From contig JAHBMJ010000200.1 in NCBI GenBank assembly GCA_018398765.1, positions 1 through 54,155 on the forward strand: 54,155 nt of DNA, read 5' to 3'. Source of the DNA: Chromera velia. Taxonomy: Eukaryota. Positions 52,048-54,155 of the stretch are shown here, in pieces. Within the stretch, counting starts at the first letter, position 1. The number at the start of each line of letters is the position of its first letter. The position numbers and the translations under genes are program-made. The notes below the pieces were generated by a model that was not told where the DNA came from, searched no databases, and saw nothing but the letters and a program-made list of their open reading frames with translations.

Positions 52048-52794
52048 GAATTGACTATAAAACGGGAGGGCAGCTAAGCGTGGGGCATATGCAAGAGTCA
52101 CTTAGTTCCTAGCTGTCATGCAGCAGATAATAAAAACATGCATGTACGCGTCTAATTCTTTGATTCTCTTAATTTGCCGAATTTAAATAAACAAAGAGCT
52201 AGACAAAGAGAGGGCACAACTTGAAGGTTGAGACTAGGGTTGAAAACTAGGTGGCGCTGAAGAAGAGGAATAGAAGAGGTAAGCTCACTGACTAATTCTT
52301 AAAAAACGTGTACGTAGTCTTAAAATTGACTCTTAATTATTTTAATTTATTTGTATTGGTACTCATAATTTGCGCTATAGACTCGGAACTTGCTAATTCA
52401 TTCATTCATTCATTCATTCATTCAAATTCATTCTAATTCATTTAGTGCTGATATGTGATCATCGTAACTCAGATCACAACACAGATCGTACTGCGCATGT
52501 GAGATCCACCTGTGCGAAAATCGGTAGATTCTAATTGAGAGACGTGGGACTGGCTTGACAGCTAGCTTGACAGCTAGCTTGACAGTACGGGAAACAACAG
52601 GCAAGAATAGACGAAAAATGAAACGGATGGATGGATATGAAGGAGTCAAACGACAGTCAGGAAGCAAGGCAAACAGTGCTAGGACCGAACCTAAAAGCAA
52701 TGCCCCCCACGAGCACCAGTATGTAGGGAATCAGTTACGAAGTGAACCTGATCGTAGACCTGATTCCCTGTTGAATCGATTCAAAGTGCAGCGG

Positions 52795-53310
52795 TCATTC
52801 CTGTTCCTTAGCTTTCACCCAATCTGGTTCTGCCATGCCCCCTCTGTCTTTCTTCTCCGTGACGTTCTTACTTCCCCCGGTTTTGAGTTCAAGGACGACC
52901 ACCTCCATCGGTTCTGTGCCGTCATTGCGGTCGGCATGCAAATGATCTGGAGGGTCCGCTTCGAGAAAATAGGCCTTCCCCGCCTCCCATGTGTAGGTGT
53001 CCAGCAGGTGGGTCTGCTCGCCCAGCACCTTTAAGCTACCGCCAGACAGGACATACACAGCTCTTGCTCTGTCGTGCCTGTGTAACCGCAAGGGCTGGTT
53101 GGGGAGGATGCTTGTCTTCCATATTTTGATGCGATCGTTCTCTAAGAGCTCCTCTCTTCTGGTTACTTGTTTTCTTTTCAACGAAGTGTCAAGTCCCTTT
53201 CGCTTTTCAGGGTCAACACATCTATAGCTGCCAATCCACATCCCGAAGACCAGAGACGCAAAAATGAGCAGCTCAACAACCGTTCGCTGGTCAAACGGAT
53301 CGAGTTGCAT
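52795..53310 (-). CDS. Intronless small cupin (RmlC-like) protein with an N-terminal hydrophobic helix
   Basis: First ATG at 53310 (171 aa). TM-like VVELLIFASLVFGMWIG, then ENDRIKIWKTSILPNQPLRLHRHD...VYVLSGGSL...WEAGKAYFLEADPPDHLHADRNDGTEPMEVVVLELK, which carries the two cupin His motifs. Confidence 0.88.
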   Translation of the reverse strand: MQLDPFDQRTVVELLIFASLVFGMWIGSYRCVDPEKRKGLDTSLKRKQVTRREELLENDRIKIWKTSILPNQPLRLHRHDRARAVYVLSGGSLKVLGEQTHLLDTYTWEAGKAYFLEADPPDHLHADRNDGTEPMEVVVLELKTGGSKNVTEKKDRGGMAEPDWVKAKEQE

Positions 53311-54155
53311 GATCGAAGATCGAGAAAGAAGATCAAGAAACAGACTGAGTCTTCCCAATTTGAGTCATTTTGGGCGGTAGGGAAGCTGCAAACTTGGCCT
53401 GTCGAGATATGTTTGATTCCGCCTGATCAGTTGCGTGTGGCTATGCAACACAGCGGCTGACGCAAAGGAAGCAAGGCCGGAGCAGGTGGCTTATGGAGCG
53501 TACCTGAAGGTTTTCAGGCAGGAGTACAAGCTCATCGTGGATTCGTTGCAAGTTCTTCATTGTCTGCATTTGAGACACGCACTACCAGGCAGAGAGATTG
53601 GAAGATCAGATCCGCAGTGATGAGCTGTACAAATATATATATATATATATATAGATGTGTTACGTTTTATACATGCATGTCAGAAGAAGCTTGCAACATG
53701 CATGCGCAACAGATCGAGAATTCACGTACGTACGTATACGCATACCCTGGACATTAATTTGTGGGCCCTTTTCTGGGCCACGCCGCCGGAGCGCCGCGTA
53801 TTGATGCCCGTCTACCGATACAGATGCAACATGCATGCGATGAAGATTGCATGCATACATCTGATCATTATATGCCGTCTCCACTGAGGTCTTTTTTTCA
53901 CGCTCCTGTTATGATCTCTACTGTCAGTGAGAGAGGTCAAGAAGAAAAATGAAAGTCCAAACCCCTATCTGGAAGACTTATCCGGCAGATCCCGAGCTTT
54001 AGAGCCCTAAAGGAGCCAATTTTTTTCTTTTGCGGCCGCCCTGAAGCTGGGCAGGGGGGATTGCGGCTTCGCTGCCTATAAGCAACAATGTGCACACTTC
54101 CTCCTTTGTTAATTGAGATCTGGAGGTCGATTCAAAAGGAAGCAGAGGCTGTGTG

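Noticed and set aside
52553..52585. Short 12-bp tandem repeat GCTTGACAGCTA
   Set aside because: Fewer than three copies; ordinary slippage downstream of the cupin gene.

Overview
Eukaryotic, intron-rich genomic DNA. Introns are full of (TCTG)n/(TG)n/(GAAG)n microsatellites, TGCATGCA is very common, there is a CRMP-type receptor and a protein with a signal-plus-transit-type leader. This points to a chromerid alveolate such as Chromera velia (inference, not verified). Six protein genes were assembled by hand from splice sites: a low-complexity hypothetical protein, a split-PH-domain protein, a ~21-exon EGF/HYR/ephrin-like multipass CRMP-type receptor, a cadherin-like/furin-like type I membrane protein, a YigB-like HAD phosphatase and an intronless bacterial-type cupin. 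Between them lie AT-rich transposon graveyards. These hold a 5'-truncated CRE-like RLE non-LTR retrotransposon, two 26-35 bp insertions of its 3' tip (each with a 15-bp TSD), three 8-bp-TSD TIR elements, a SINE-like insert and an alpha/beta-hydrolase pseudogene. The most striking signal is that repeats and dead genes here have diverged mainly through CpA/TpG->TpA transitions, with CpGs spared in the best-aligned pairs. This resembles fungal repeat-induced point mutation (RIP) in an apparently non-fungal genome. Exon boundaries are manual predictions.
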